Source of the DNA: Octopus sinensis
Taxonomy: Eukaryota
Length of the DNA: 64,000 nt
Reading direction: 5' to 3'
Assembly: GCF_006345805.1 (NCBI RefSeq)
Contig: NC_043023.1
Location: 5,704,001 to 5,768,000 of the forward strand
Both the position numbers and the translations under genes were made by a program. Below the pieces are notes generated by a model. That model did no database searches and was not told the DNA's origin. It saw only the letters and a list, made by a program, of their open reading frames with translations. Shown one piece after another: positions 26,210 through 40,075 of the stretch (the stretch's first letter is position 1; every line of letters begins with the position of its first letter).

Positions 26210-26648
26210 CCTATGCTCCACCACCATACATATCTCTATGAGATATTTAGAAATTTAATATTTCTGATCATATACATATATTTATATATATACATATACA
26301 CATACATACATATATACATATATATACATACATATATACATATATACATACATACAAATATACACATGCATACATATAAATACATATACATACATATATG
26401 CATATATGTATATATGAGTGTATGTGTGTATATATATGTATATGTCTATGTATACAGTTGCATACACATACCTGATAAATGAAAGGCAAAATGCAGTGAG
26501 GTGTAATATAAGTGATAAAAATTGTGATTATACATGCATATATATATGTCTGGGTATATATATGTATTAATGTTTGGCACAGCTCCATGTAGCTTAAATT
26601 TTCATAGGCTTGTAGAATGAACCTAACACATACACACACACACATACA

Positions 26649-26682
<34 letters not shown>

Positions 26683-26819
26683 CATACATAAAAGCATACA
26701 TACATATATATATATATATAGTAAATCCAAACATGAAAAAAAGATAAAACACAACAACATGAGGACGTGGAACAAATATAGTGTTATTGGACGCTCAGGA
26801 AAGGAAAGAAAGAAGGAGG

Positions 26820-26854
26820 GTTTAACGTTTCGAGCGGAGCTCTTCATCAGAAAC
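26820..26854 (-). ncRNA. Minimal type I hammerhead motif, sense to synapsin pre-mRNA (intron 5)
   Basis: GUUU-CUGAUGA-A-GAGC(UCC)GCUC-GAAA-CG-UU-AAAC, within a repeat that recurs at 63110-63290. Confidence 0.65.
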
Positions 26855-27642
26855 ATAGGAAAAGGAAAGATCCAAGGAAGGGAAGACGGAGAAAGAAAAT
26901 CGATATATATATATATATATGGGTAAAAATAAGTGCAAAAGAGAACAATTCAAACTTTTTGAGAAGTCCAAAAAGAGAGAAAGAATGATTTCTAATAAAG
27001 ATTCATCATATTCATAAAAAACAGCCAGAGCAAGTCGTAAGAATATGAAAACAGTAGTTGTAAAATATTGTCATAGTATAAATATAGCATAAACAATTAT
27101 AGAAAAATGGAAGAGAAAAAGATGTTGCATCAAAATTATATTTAATACAAATTATTTTGTATTAAATATAATTTTGATGCAACATCTTTTTCTCCTCAAT
27201 TATTCTATAGTCGTTTATGCTATATTTATAACTATGAAGATATTTTCAACTATATATATATATATATATCACCGTGACCGGCCAGGCTATCAGATGCTGC
27301 TACACATCGCTGGTCACAATGCGCTTCGCGCTGTTTTAGCCTTCGAATGACGCCACCCCGCTGGCTAAGCGAGCAGGCCAATATATATATATATAAAACA
27401 CCAGCATCGGTTGTCAAGCGATGTTAGGGGGACAAACACAGACACAAACATATACACACACATACATACATATATATATACATATATACGTCAGGCTTCT
27501 TTCAGTTTCCGTCTACCAAATCCACTCACAAGGCTTTGGTTGGCCTGAGGCTATAGTAGAAGACAAGATGCCATGTAGTGGGACTGAACCCAGAACCATG
27601 TGGTTGGTAATCAAGCTACTTACCACGTAGCCACTCCCCCTC

Positions 27643-27676
<34 letters not shown>

Positions 27677-28138
27677 CACACACACACATAAATGCATACA
27701 CATACATACATATATACACCCAGATACAGAGTAACAGAATTTGAAGCAAATTCAAGATGGCTTCTTGATGTCAGGCTACTATTGGTCAACTCAGTTTGTA
27801 TGCTATTACTGTTCTGAAAGCAGCATCAATTATTTTCTTTCTTCTTAGGCCCTTATTGTCAGGATATATATTGATAATGAAGAAAATAATAGATGTGGCT
27901 TCGAGACAAATAACACCATGTGAACTGAGTAGACCGATAGAAGGCTAACACCAAGAAGTTATCTTGAAATGGAGTCACATATTGTCACACTCTCTCCAGA
28001 GGCTTGATGAGTTAGGTTCACTCTACAAGCCTCCAAAAACTTTAAATTGCATGGAGCTGAATCAAATTGTTATTAAATACCACATGTAACCCCAGCCAAT
28101 TTTGTTGAGCACCATTTTCTTTTATTTGTCTTGTTATT

Positions 28139-28185
<47 letters not shown>

Positions 28186-28584
28186 TATATATATACATAC
28201 ATATATATGTCTGTATATATATATATATATATATACACACACATATATACACATATATTTATGTTTTGTGTGTGTGTGTGAGTGCCTGCAGGTGCATGGG
28301 AGTGCTGGGTGGTGCTAATGTACATGTAACAGGAAGCTGTGCACAGTTTGGAAATCAAGGTTTGTGTCAAAGGAATCATGTGACTATGCCCTTTTATTTT
28401 GCAGTAAACTGGGGTTTTAATTTGTGTAACTATCTTGAAGGCATTGGCTCATGCCCATCCTGTCCTCTGACCTTGCAGCCTGTGGGTTGCATGCTGCTGC
28501 AGTAATCTATGAATGGCATGCCAATGAGGAATTTCTTTAGTAGCATGGCTCACCCAATGATATACTATATATATATATATCTCG

Positions 28585-28925
28585 TTACCTGCGTCGCCTT
28601 ACTGGCACTTGTGCTGGTGGCACGTGAAAAAACATTCGAGTGAGGTCATTGCCAGTGCCACTGGACTGGCCTCTGTGCAGGTGGCACATAAAAAGCACCA
28701 TTTGAGCATGGCCATTGTCAGTACCGCCTGACTGGCCCTCGTGCCGGTGGCACATAAAAGCACCCACTACATTCTTGGAGTGGTTGGCGTTAGGAAGGGC
28801 ATCCAGCTGTAGAAACTCTGCCGGATCAAGACTGAAGCCTGGTGCAGCCATCTGGTTCGCCAGTCCTCAGTCAAATTGTCCAACCCATGCCAGCATGGAA
28901 AGCAGACTTTAAACGATGATGATGA
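28585..28925 (+). mobile_element. SINE body with (GAT)n tail; related copies at 39045-39425, 63350-63545 and, reversed, 13020-13165, 54090-54310, 60300-60495
   Basis: Shared GGTGGCACGTAAAAAGCAC..TTAGGAAGGGCATCCAGCTGTAGAAAC..CCAACCCATGCTAGCATGGAAAGCGGACGTTAAACGATGATG. Confidence 0.85.
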
Positions 28926-29525
28926 TATATATATATTTATTTATTTATAAATGTTTAACTTTCAGAAATTGTCTCCCCTTATCCTTTGTAGTCACTAACA
29001 ACTATCATAAGGCTTTTGTTTGCTACATCTCACTCAGAGAGGAAAATCAACCCCAGAACATGTAAGTGTCAAAGCCTGTCATTATCAAAATGCCTTTTTA
29101 GTCCTGGAAATATTGCAAAAAAACATATTTATGCTAAGTTATATTTTCTGTTTTGTCATTGACTGGGGACTGTTTCAGATCCAAACATCTGATGAGTTCA
29201 GAAAAATGATGTTCGCATGAAACTGTAACTAATGTAACATATTATTGTTTGTAATATTACTCTAAAACAGTGTGTGTGTGTGTGTGTGTGTGCATGTGCA
29301 TGCACTATGTACACACACACACTTATATATTAGTGAATCAGTATCAGGGAATAGGTGAATAGGTGAATAGATAAAGGTGTGCACAGCTTCCTAAACATAT
29401 GATTGGTAACCGTACTTCAAATATCTCGTATATTTACCTGAGAATGTACATTGATTCAAATGTTAAGAATAATAAGAATTATTACAATAATGATAATGAT
29501 AAAAATAATAACAGTGAAGACGATG

Positions 29526-29571
<46 letters not shown>

Positions 29572-29750
29572 CGTATTACTTATATTATTAGTAAATATAA
29601 AAAGCCTATCTACACACCAACCCACTTGATTGCATGTTTGCGCATATTTATATGTAAATGTATATACACAAAACTCAAAGCATGTATGTACATACATACA
29701 TACATACACACATACATACATATACATACATACATACATACTACATACAT

Positions 29751-29785
<35 letters not shown>

Positions 29786-29812
29786 TATACTTATATATAT
29801 ATGTATATATAC

Positions 29813-29872
<60 letters not shown>

Positions 29873-29911
29873 GTATGTATGTAATATATATATATATACA
29901 TGTATATATAT

Positions 29912-30010
<99 letters not shown>

Positions 30011-30244
30011 GCATATTACACACATAAATATGTATACACACTCATATATGCACATATACACACATACATGCATCATGGACACATTAGTTTCAATATACTA
30101 AGAACGCCACTGCTTTGCTAGACACAACTAATTCATAGCACTACATAATCTACCAGGTACAGGCAAACTAATGCATAATCAAACTAACAGGGGAGACAAG
30201 CAGGTTTATTTCAAACATGGAAAATGTGGGAAGGACAAAGTAAA

Positions 30245-30690
30245 CTACAGAAAGAAAAGAAAAAGAAAACAAAAGCAAAACAAACCAAAACTGCTGTTTT
30301 ACTTTGTATTTCTATATTTCGGGGCTATAACCCCTTCTTCAGGACAGTTGGCAAAGGTGAGGGATGGAAAAGTCATTGCTTAGATGTATACTCTTTACTC
30401 TTTTACTTGTTTCAGTCATTTGACTGCGGCCATGCTGGAGCACCGCCTTTGGTCGGCCCGGGGCTATAGCAGAAGACACTTGCCCAAGATGCCACGCAGT
30501 GGGACTGAACCCGGAACCATGTGGTTGGTTAGCAAGCTACTTACCACACAGCCATTCCTGCACCTATATAATAATTTTTCCATCTCTCACCTTTTCCAAA
30601 TGTCCTGAAGAAGAGGTTATGGCCCCAAAATATAGAAATAAAAGGTAAAACTGCAACTTTGGTTTGTTTTGTTTCCCTTTTCTTTTGTAG
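30245..30690. repeat. Inverted pair of ~120-bp hammerhead-like repeats (30245-30372 and 30575-30690) flanking a SINE
   Basis: The reverse complement of the right arm aligns with the left arm; each carries CUGAAGA-A-G(G/A)GG..CCCC-(G/A)AAA-UAUA. Confidence 0.85.
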
Positions 30691-31216
30691 TTCTGGCCTT
30701 ACACTACAAATTTCTTTCATATATATATATATATATATAATATATATATATAAATATTTTGTGAAGGTGTATGGTGTAGTGTTTAGGGAATTGTGGTCAT
30801 ATTCAGAAGATTCTGGTTTCAATTTGTAAACTTGGGTACAGTGTGTTCTTGAGCAAAACACTTCATTTTATGTTGCTCCAGTTCACTCAGCAGTAAATAA
30901 TCAATCCTGCAGTAGACTGGTGTCCTGTCCAGGAGGAATGGTGTGACCTCAGGCACTCATCTGCCAAGAAAATTGGGTAAATGGCTCCATGAATCTGAGG
31001 GCTCAAAACAGTACTTTAAACACACACACACATACACGCACATATACATGTACGCATATGTGCATGCGTATATATTATATATATGTGTGTGTATATATAA
31101 ATAAACATGTATATATATATCATATATACTTCATATATGATATATACTATACTACTATACATATACATATATATATATATTTATATACTATACATTTACA
31201 TATATATTTATATACT

Positions 31217-31253
<37 letters not shown>

Positions 31254-31818
31254 ATGTAATATACATGTGTGTATGTGTGTGTCTGTGTGTGTATTCTGCA
31301 AACATTTTTAGATGCAATACAAGGGTACATCATTGTGCCATATGACATGTCTTGGTGGAGTTCGTCCTCATCTTTGTCTGGTCTGGTCTCCAGGCATAGA
31401 GACACACAGACAGACAGACATACAGAAGGAAGGAAAGAGTGAGAGAAAGTGTAGAGTGACTGGTATTTTAATTTTATTGACCCAGAAATGACAAAAGGCA
31501 ATGTAGACCTCAGCATGGTTTGAACTCAGACATCTCTGCTGACAGGCTACTTAGACTGGTCCCAGATGCATGTCTGAACCAAAGTTTTTTGAAAGTAGTG
31601 GGGTGTGGTTTGACGTTATCTGAATGTGTGTGTGTGTGTGTGTGAGGGAAGGGGGCATCTTCATCTAGAACCTCTAAATTTTTGGATGCTATCTGCAACG
31701 TTTAGTCTAACGATGAACTAACGATGAACTAACGATGAACTAACAGAAGTACAGTTTCCAAAGCAAATGAAAGGGGACAGGCAAAGGATCAAGAATAACT
31801 CACCCAAAGATTACTCAC

Positions 31819-31908
31819 CATTTCCTTGTGGTTTGGATAATACGCTTGGTCGATCAATGGGAACTTGTCCGGTCCAAGTTTCTTTTGGATCTGGATTAAG
31901 TGTGCCAT
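31819..31908 (-). CDS. Syn: Synapsin exon 5: MAHLIQIQKKLGPDKFPLIDQAYYPNHKEM
   Basis: Acceptor CTCTCCCCACAG|ATG, donor ATG|GTGAGT, 90 nt. Confidence 0.97.
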
Positions 31909-32139
31909 CTGTGGGGAGAGAGGGGCAGTGAGAGAGAAAGAGAGAGAGAGAGAGAGGGGAAGAAGAGGAGGAGGGAAATACAGAGAGAAGGGAGAAGGAT
32001 GTGGGAGAGAAAGGGTGACGGTGTACAAGTGAGAGGGAGGGAGTTTTATGGATGGCTAGATGATGTGTTAGACTGACAAAATCTGGTTGATTGGAAGATA
32101 TATTTATAGACACAGATGAGTAATTTTCTAAATAGATCA

Positions 32140-32332
32140 ACAGATAGGTAGACAGGCAGACAGACAGGTAGCTAGATAGATAGATAGGGAGAGAAAGAGA
32201 GAGAGAAAGATAGACAGAGAGATAGACACACAACAGATAAATTGATAGGCAGAAAGGTAGATAGATAAGTAGATAGACAGATAGACAGAAAGAGAAAAAT
32301 GACAGTCAGATATATGATTCCACATATATACA

Positions 32333-32368
<36 letters not shown>

Positions 32369-32376
32369 TGTATGTG

Positions 32377-32407
<31 letters not shown>

Positions 32408-32509
32408 ATATATATATATATAGATAGATAGATAGATAGATATAAAGATAGATAGACAGATACATGCATAAAGACAGACAGACAGACAAACAGATAGATA
32501 GATATATAA

Positions 32510-32585
<76 letters not shown>

Positions 32586-32733
32586 GTAAGTAGATAGATA
32601 GATATATAAACAGATAGATAAATAGATAGATAGATAGACACATAGATAGATAGACAGACAGACAGATAGATAGATAGACAGACAGACAGATAAGATAGAT
32701 ATATAAATTAGTAGATAGATAGATAGATAGATG

Positions 32734-32790
<57 letters not shown>

Positions 32791-32864
32791 GTAAGTAGAT
32801 AGATAGATATATAAACAGATAGATAGATAAATAGATAGATAGATAGACACATAGATAGATAGAC

Positions 32865-32911
<47 letters not shown>

Positions 32912-32977
32912 TAAGATAGATATATAAATTAGTAGATAGATAGATAGATAGATGGATAGATAGATAGATAGATAGAT

Positions 32978-33030
<53 letters not shown>
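32140..33030. repeat. ~890-bp (AGAT)n/(AGAC)n compound microsatellite with an internal ~220-bp duplication
   Basis: The interruptions GGTAAGTAGAT..TAAACAGAT and ATAAATTAGTAGAT each occur twice. Confidence 0.9.
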
Positions 33031-33083
33031 CAGCTGGAGAGGAAAAGAAATGTTTCAGGGAGGCAGTAGAGAATTTGACTTAC

Positions 33084-33234
33084 CACCCAAGGTTTATCTT
33101 GAAAGTTGTAAATGGAATCCATAGAATTAATACTAGGAACACCGCCATAATGGAACCCCATGATCAAGTTACGCCAGTCCTCACAAGCGTCACGCACATG
33201 TTGTCTGACGAGCACAAAGTCTGGCTTGAAAGAC
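33084..33234 (-). CDS. Syn: Synapsin exon 4: (R)SFKPDFVLVRQHVRDACEDWRNLIMGFHYGGVPSINSMDSIYNFQDKPWV
   Basis: Acceptor CTCTGTGCAG|G, donor GTG|GTAAGT, 151 nt. Confidence 0.97.
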
Positions 33235-33384
33235 CTGCACAGAGAGAAAATAGGAAACTTGGTGATAATGAAATTAAATAAAGGAAATTGTTTTTAATTT
33301 AGGCAAAGAACCAGGAATTTGGTGGAATGAACGATGGGGGATTAAATCAGTCTCTGAACTAAGCATTCGGAATGGATGTCTGGT

Positions 33385-33612
33385 TTAACCCTTTAATGTT
33401 TAAACATGCCATATCAGGCCCAGATATTCTACATGTTTTATATTCAAACTGGTGGTATCTGGCCTCTCACACCTAACCTACATTGACATCCTAAAATAAA
33501 CAATCACATCATTGAAACCTCAAAGCTATGAGATAATGCATAATTTAATTCAAAACAATTTGAGTGAAAAAGTATTACATTTAACAGAGTAATCTGAACA
33601 CTAAAGGGTTAA
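33385..33612. mobile_element. TTAA-flanked MITE (piggyBac-like ends); a similar element lies at 42073-42292
   Basis: TTAACCCTTTA.TGTT.A.A ... TCTGAACACTAAAGGGTTAA. Confidence 0.65.
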
Positions 33613-34039
33613 GGATATGTTCCACTAACAAACTGGGAAGACTCAGTATGAGGCTGTCTCAAAGGATGCCACTAGAATTGGGATAATATTGTTTTTATTA
33701 GGCATGGCTGTGTGGTAAGAAGCTTGCTTCCAGAAGGGAGGGGCAATACAGATCTACGTAGAGATGCTGGATGACCAGAGGGAGGAGCCCATGCCCTGGA
33801 CAGAGGACGAGGTGCGGCCTTTGTAGGTGACTATGAAGGTCATATTGGATGTCGCTATAGTCAGGGTGATGAACACCTTCTCAAAGGACATGTTTAGATA
33901 TGCCTTCTGTGGCCCCGACCTGGAGCCTAAGGGAAGCATACAGCCTAGTCGGGAGGGAGGATGATTGAGCTTTGTGTATAGTATTTATAAATATTATATG
34001 TTATATATATTATATATTATATTCATCTTTCATTTTCAT

Positions 34040-34595
34040 CTTCCTTGGCTCCAAAATAAATCGAGATGGTGACTGCACTCCAGAAATAAGACGGTGGATA
34101 GTACTAGGCAGAGAGGCAATGGTCAGCATGAGGAGGGTCTGGAAGAGTAGAGACATCAGACTCGCTACCAAATGCAGATTGGTGAATGCAATTGTCTTCC
34201 CAATAGCAACATATGGATGCGAGACCTGGACACTAAAGAAAGCTGACCAGAAGAGAATTAATGCATTGGAGAAGACTTTTACGGATTCCATGGACAGCGA
34301 GGCTCACCAATGGAGAAGTTCTTAAGCAGATAAGGCCGAAAATGTCGCTAGAAGCCAGGATCACCAAGCATAGATTGACATATTTTGGCCATATTATGCG
34401 GAGAAAATCCCTGGAGAAGGACATCATGCTCGGAATGGTCATTGGCAAGAGAGGAAGAGGCCGACCAAGAACCCGCTGGCTTGACACCATCAAGAGTGAT
34501 ACCGGAATGGACATAACCAATCTGAAAGGATAGAACTGACTGGAGGACACTGATCCATCGAGTAACCGAGAGTCGACTTCAACTGAGCGGATAGA
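34040..34595 (+). mobile_element. RTE/BovB-like LINE 3' fragment
   Basis: FLGSKINRDGDCTPEIRR..VFPIATYGCETWTLKKAD..LRIPWTAR..YFGHIMRR..GKRGRGRPRTRWLD. Confidence 0.92.
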
Positions 34596-35061
34596 TAGAT
34601 ATATGTAATTATTACTATGTTGTTGTTTGTAATGGACTGTTAAGTCCAAAAATTGAAAAGTTGTAAAAGTTGTAAGAGGTTTAATACCTCGTTTTGTGTT
34701 TGGTTTTAAAGAACAATGTTTTAGAGAAGCAGAAGTCCAGCCCACAAAGCTACTTTACTCTATGTACAGCCTTTATGGCAAATATAATGAAATAAAGAGG
34801 CTTGCTTCCCAACCACATGGTTCTGGGTTCAGTTCCTCTGCAAAGCACCTTGGACAAGTGTTTTCTACTATAGCTTCAGGCTGACAAAAAACTTGTGAGA
34901 GGATTTGGGAGATGGAAACTGAAAGAAGCTTGTTGTATGTACACATATATATGTTTGTGAGTCTTTGTGTCTGTGTTTGTCCACCCCACTATTGGTTGAC
35001 AACTGGTGCTGGTGTGTTAACGTCTCTGTAACTTAGTGCTTCAGAAAAAGTGACCAACATC

Positions 35062-35455
35062 ATCATCATCATTGTTCGACCGTGGTCGAGACAATGGAAT
35101 TTACCATGCTATGCCAGACTTCATGGTCCATCATGGCATTACGGAGATCCTGTTGCTGGATGCCTGTATCCCTGGAGATTACATCAGAGTAGGAGAGTGT
35201 GCGCCCTCTGGTATTGCGAGTAGGTGGCTTCCAGAGGAGAAGAGTAGAAATTACTTCTTTTTCAGCTCTACAACAATGTCCAGCAAACTGGACTCTCCTA
35301 CCTTTCACAAGAGATGACACAGGTGGTAGCTTCCCATATATTTGTACTTTGGTTGGATGACGCTTCCACGAGAGATTTTGAGCTCTCATAAGGAGGCGAG
35401 CGTAGGTTCCATCCAACTGCCTCTCAAGCTTCTTTGATAGCGTCCAGGTTTCTGA
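35062..35455 (-). mobile_element. RTE-clade LINE 3' fragment, same family as 18420-18985
   Basis: ORF 35069-35416 is nearly identical to ORF 18428-18775. Confidence 0.88.
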
Positions 35456-36518
35456 ATAGGTACCAGGCTTGTAAAAAATATAAGCACCGGGATGGGGGTG
35501 GCGGGGTGATACATTTAACTAAAAAGTCTTCCAAGCAGTGCCCCAGCATGGCCACAGTCATATGTCTGAAGCAAGTAAAAGGTAAAAGACATGGAGTAAC
35601 TCTACATTAAGCCCTGGAATGTGCAACTTCCTGCAAGTCAGACTTCCTCAAGGCCCCAGCAGACAAAATGGAAAAGGTGATGCCCCAGAATATGGCAAGG
35701 AATATGTGTTTGAACAGCCACTCAGACTCACAGGGGTCACACTTGCGAACAACATCTCTGTCCTGGAAATGGTAAGCAGGGGTACACTCTGGGGGCCAAG
35801 ACACCAGAGGTCTCCACTGCCACAGGCTCAACTATAAACTTGTCAGAGAGCAAATATGGTCTGGGGGCCAAGAACGCTAGGGGTTTCCACTGTTACAGGC
35901 TGGCGCTTTATATCAAACATTTGTTTATTGTTTTGGTAAAACAAGCAATTGGTTGTTTGTCAAAGACCTTATGCCAATATCTTGCAACCTCATCAAGGAC
36001 ACGTCTCCTCCCTTCAAGGTCTGCCTTAAACAAACAGTTGATTAGTTGGTTAGATTGACTAACCAATTGACTAACAATAAAGAAAGGATATTGAACTCAT
36101 TTCTACAGCTGAGTGAACTGGAGCAATGTGAAATAAATTGTCTTGCTCAAGAACACAATATGCAGACCAGTCCGGGATTTGAACTCACAATCTCATGATT
36201 GTAAGCTCGTTGCTCTAACCATTGAGCTATGCACCTTGTACAGCAAGTTTCTTCTTTAAGTTTTTGTCTTCTAAATCCACTCACAAGGCTTTGGTCAGTT
36301 TAAGGAAACGTAGGGTTCCACAAGGTGGGATTGAACCCAAAACCATGTGGTTGGGCAGCACACTTCTAACCACACAACCACACCAGCACCTCATCATAAT
36401 GATCAATTGGAAATAAATCTGATTTGCTCCTGTAACCTGGGGCAAATAATACCACCACCACCACCACCACCACCACCATCATGAACAAGAACAGTAGAGT
36501 ACAAGCAGTGCCACCTAC

Positions 36519-36610
36519 CTGACAACTCTGGTGCCATTCCGCAATACTTGAATGTCGACCATGGTCCCTTGGTCTGTGTAGGCAGCAACATTGATTTCAG
36601 GAAACTCTGC
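36519..36610 (-). CDS. Syn: Synapsin exon 3: AEFPEINVAAYTDQGTMVDIQVLRNGTRVV(R)
   Basis: Acceptor CCCTTCCAG|GCA, donor AG|GTAGGT, 92 nt. Confidence 0.96.
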
Positions 36611-37019
36611 CTGGAAGGGCATGGAAAGGTTGGTGACTTGAAGAAAGAAAACCTTTTCTCAAACATGCCTGCAGACACACACACACACACACAGGAATAA
36701 ACACATATGCAGACTTACATACGCACACAGATAAGAATAGACACACACACTTATATACAAACACACACATATGCACAGTCACACACACACACACCTGTAC
36801 AGAAACAAACATATAGATACACATACATATACACGCACACAGATACATATACACATTGACTAACATATATACACAGACACATATGTACACAAGTATATAC
36901 AAAGACATACACACACACACACATACACCCTGATAAATGCACACAGACACACATGTTCTCACACACACACAAACACACACATACACACACACATTCTGTA
37001 TATTTCTCAACCTTATATC

Positions 37020-38200
37020 TGATACATGAAGTCACCCATAGTCCAATCCTAACACACACACCTACCCTGGGTACCTCAGAACCTTACTCTGATACACACA
37101 CTGGGTATTTCAGAGTTCCAAACCTTACACAACCAAGCCTGGGGTGCTAGGGAGCTCTACCTTGAACACACATATCTACCCTGGGTACACCAAAGCTTCA
37201 ATCCTTACACACCCATATCTAGTGTATTATGAAATCCCACCCTGAACACACACACACAACAAACATACCCTGAGTATTCCTGAGTCTCAATCCTTACCCA
37301 CCCATACTTGGGGCACTAAGACACCCCCACCCTGAACACATATGCAACGTATGTACCCTGGGTACTCCAAATCCCCATACCTGAGTGTTATGGAGCCCCA
37401 CCCTGATCATTCACACAATATGCCTACTCTGGGTACTCCAGAATCCCATGTCTCAAATATCTGCATTTGGGGTGCTAGGGAGCCCTGCACTGAACACAAC
37501 ATATCTACCTTGAGTGGAGCCTCAATCCTTACACACTAATATTTGGTGTGTTAGGGAGCCCTACTTTGAACACACATATAACACACCTACCCTGGGTATT
37601 CTAGTCCCAATTCTTACACACCCTGAATACACATAACATATCTACCCCAGATACTCCGGAGCCATAAACCTTACACACCCATTCTTGGGTGTAATGGAGT
37701 CCCATTCTTATTTCTTTTTGCCCACAAGGGGCTAAACATAGAGGGGACAAACAAGGACAGACAAACGGATTAAGTCGATTACATCGACCCCAGTGCACAA
37801 CTGGTACTTAATTTATCAACCCCGAAAGGATGAAAGGCAAAGTCAACCTCGGCAGAATTTGAACTCAGAACGTAACGGCAGACGAAATACCGCTAAGCAT
37901 TTCGCCTGGCATGCTAACGTTTCCGCCAGCTCGCTGCCTTATGGAGTCCCGTTCTGATCTTACACATGACAAACCTACCGTGGGTACTTCAGGACTCCAG
38001 ACCTAACACATCCAAATTTGGGGTGTTAGCAATCCAGACCCTGATCACACACACAACATATCATCTACTCTGGGTACTTCAGAGTGGCACTTCTGACATA
38101 AATATACCCAAGGTACACCTAAGTTCCTGACATAAATATACCCAAGGTACACCTAATTTCTCCACTAGCACCCACACATATATGCCACCCGTATCCCATC
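37020..38200. repeat. Degenerate satellite-like array (ACACA..TACCCTGGGTACTC motif) interrupted by a SINE (37709-37940) with a 15-bp TSD
   Basis: TSD ATGGAGTCCC(A/G)TTCT at 37694-37708 and 37941-37955. Confidence 0.8.
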
Positions 38201-38212
38201 CGGGGTACTCAC

Positions 38213-38270
38213 CTGCTCTATGCGTATGTCCCAGTCACCAAATAGCTTCTTACCGCGGAAATATTTCGAC
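38213..38270 (-). CDS. Syn: Synapsin exon 2: (W)SKYFRGKKLFGDWDIRIEQ
   Basis: Acceptor TTGACAG|G, donor CAG|GTGAGT, 58 nt, phases match neighbours. Confidence 0.96.
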
Positions 38271-39649
38271 CTGTCAATTAAGAAGAGAGGAAATAAGAAA
38301 GAGTGAAGAAGATGCATACGTTTAGAGGTAACCGGGTTTGTCCCACCCTCATCACCACCATCATCATCATCATTGTAACTTATAGTTTCTTACTCTTTGA
38401 AATACCAAATTCTGCTCCTTCCGTTAATGACTACCTCCCCATCTCTCGTTATTTTATGTTAACAAGGGAGCCTCAACGTGGTCGCCCTGTCTCCTAGAAA
38501 CAGCAGCTAAATCTTCCTACAAATCACACTTTTTCAACTTACATAAAAATGTACATTGTGGATATCGATGTATAAAAAGATGGGATGGTCACTGGATATG
38601 GACTGACTTGGGGTTAAGCAACAACAACATCAACTGTAACCACTAATACTAACTACTATACTGTACTCTATACTATACTACTATACTATATTCTACTATA
38701 CTATATTCTCCGTTTTTTTGTTTGGTTATTTTTTTTGTCTTTGTTGCCGTACACATTCGCTAGCTTTCTTACAAAGGGGTCTAATGCCTTTAGCTTAGAC
38801 TTTTTTGGGGGCAACCAGATCGAACGATCTCAAGTGTAATTGCCTGAAATGGTTGTGACTTCTGAAACTGGCTGAGGAAAGAAAGCCACGAATGACCTGT
38901 CTTTTTTTGCCTGTCCTTCTAATTGTTGTTTCTCTTATCCTTCTTTGTATCATCTATCTTTCCGGATATTTTATTGTCTTCTATTGTGTTTTTGTTTCAG
39001 TTTGATATTTATGAGCATGACCATTGAATGAGCTACAAACTGGCCTCCGTGCCGGTGGCAAGTAAAAAGCACCACTCGAGCGTGATCACTACCTGCATCG
39101 CCTTACTGGCACTTGTGCTGGTGACACATGAAAAAACATTCGAGCAAGGTCATTGCCAGTGCTGCTGGACTGACTCCTGTGCAGGTGGCACATAAAAAGC
39201 AAAATTTGAGCATAGCCGTTGCCAGTACCACCTGACTGGCCCTCGTGCAGGTGGCACGTAAAAGCATCCACTACACTCTTGGAGTGGTTGGCATTAGGAA
39301 GAGCATCCAGCTGTAGAAACTCTGCCAGATCAAGATTGGAGCCTGGTGCAGCCATCTGGTTTGCCAGACCTCAGTCAAATCATCCAACCCATGGAAAGCA
39401 GATGGTAAACGATAATGATGATGATGATATATATATATATTTTCTCAACACTCAGTTTCCATCAAGGAAATTATCACTGAAGATCTCTGTTGGCCCAGAC
39501 CCGTGGTGGAATGTGGTGGAACATGTCCACCAAAGGTTCCACACTGCAATGGCTGAAGTAACAGATAAAAGGTAGCATGTGTATTAACTGCAGTTTTGCA
39601 TTCAGCAACAAACTTGCTAACTGCAATTACTTTCAGAAAATGCAACAGT

Positions 39650-40075
39650 TAGGCAGAGGAGTGGCTGTGTGGTAAGTAGCTTGCTTACCAACCACATGGT
39701 TCCGGGTTCAGTCCCACTGCATGGCACCATGGGCAAGTGTCTTCTACTATAGCCTTGGGCCGACCAAAGGCTTGTGAGTAGATTTGGTAGACGGAAACTG
39801 AAAGAAGCCCGTTGTATATATGTATATGTAGCTATATATGTGTGTGTGTATATGTTTGTGTGTCTGTGCTTGTCCCCCAACATCGCTTGACAACCGATGC
39901 TGGTGTGTTTATGTCCCCGTAACTTAGCGGTTCGGCGAAAGAGACTGCTAGAATAAGTACTAGATGTACAAAGAATAAGTCCTGGGGTTGATTTGCTCAG
40001 CTAAAGGCAGTGCTCCAGCATGGCCACAGTCAAATGACTGAAACAAGTAAAAGAGTAAAAGAGAGTAAAGAGAGT
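39650..40075 (+). mobile_element. Full-length tRNA-head SINE; further copies at 45720-46100 and 58095-58265 (+) and at 51405-51812, 52820-53235, 56165-56625, 61245-61610 (-)
   Basis: GGCAGAGGAGTGGCTGTGTGGTAAG..GGTTCCGGGTTCAGTCCC head through ..GACTGAAACAAGTAAAAGAGTAAAAGAG tail. Confidence 0.9.

Noticed and set aside
29430-29450. CAG|GTAAAT on the minus strand as a recursive splice site
   Set aside because: The polypyrimidine tract is poor, the intron is only 8.5 kb, and the motif is expected by chance.
31305-31390. Possible extra C-domain exon TRPDKDEDELHQDMSYGTMMYP between exons 5 and 6
   Set aside because: It is in phase after a GAG acceptor, but there is no convincing donor and no recognisable homology. 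I searched intron 5 by eye for a C-domain insert microexon and found none I can support.
35607-35900. Short ORFs and a 40-bp direct repeat in intron 3
   Set aside because: There is no recognisable domain or splice-compatible frame; probably an unclassified repeat relic.
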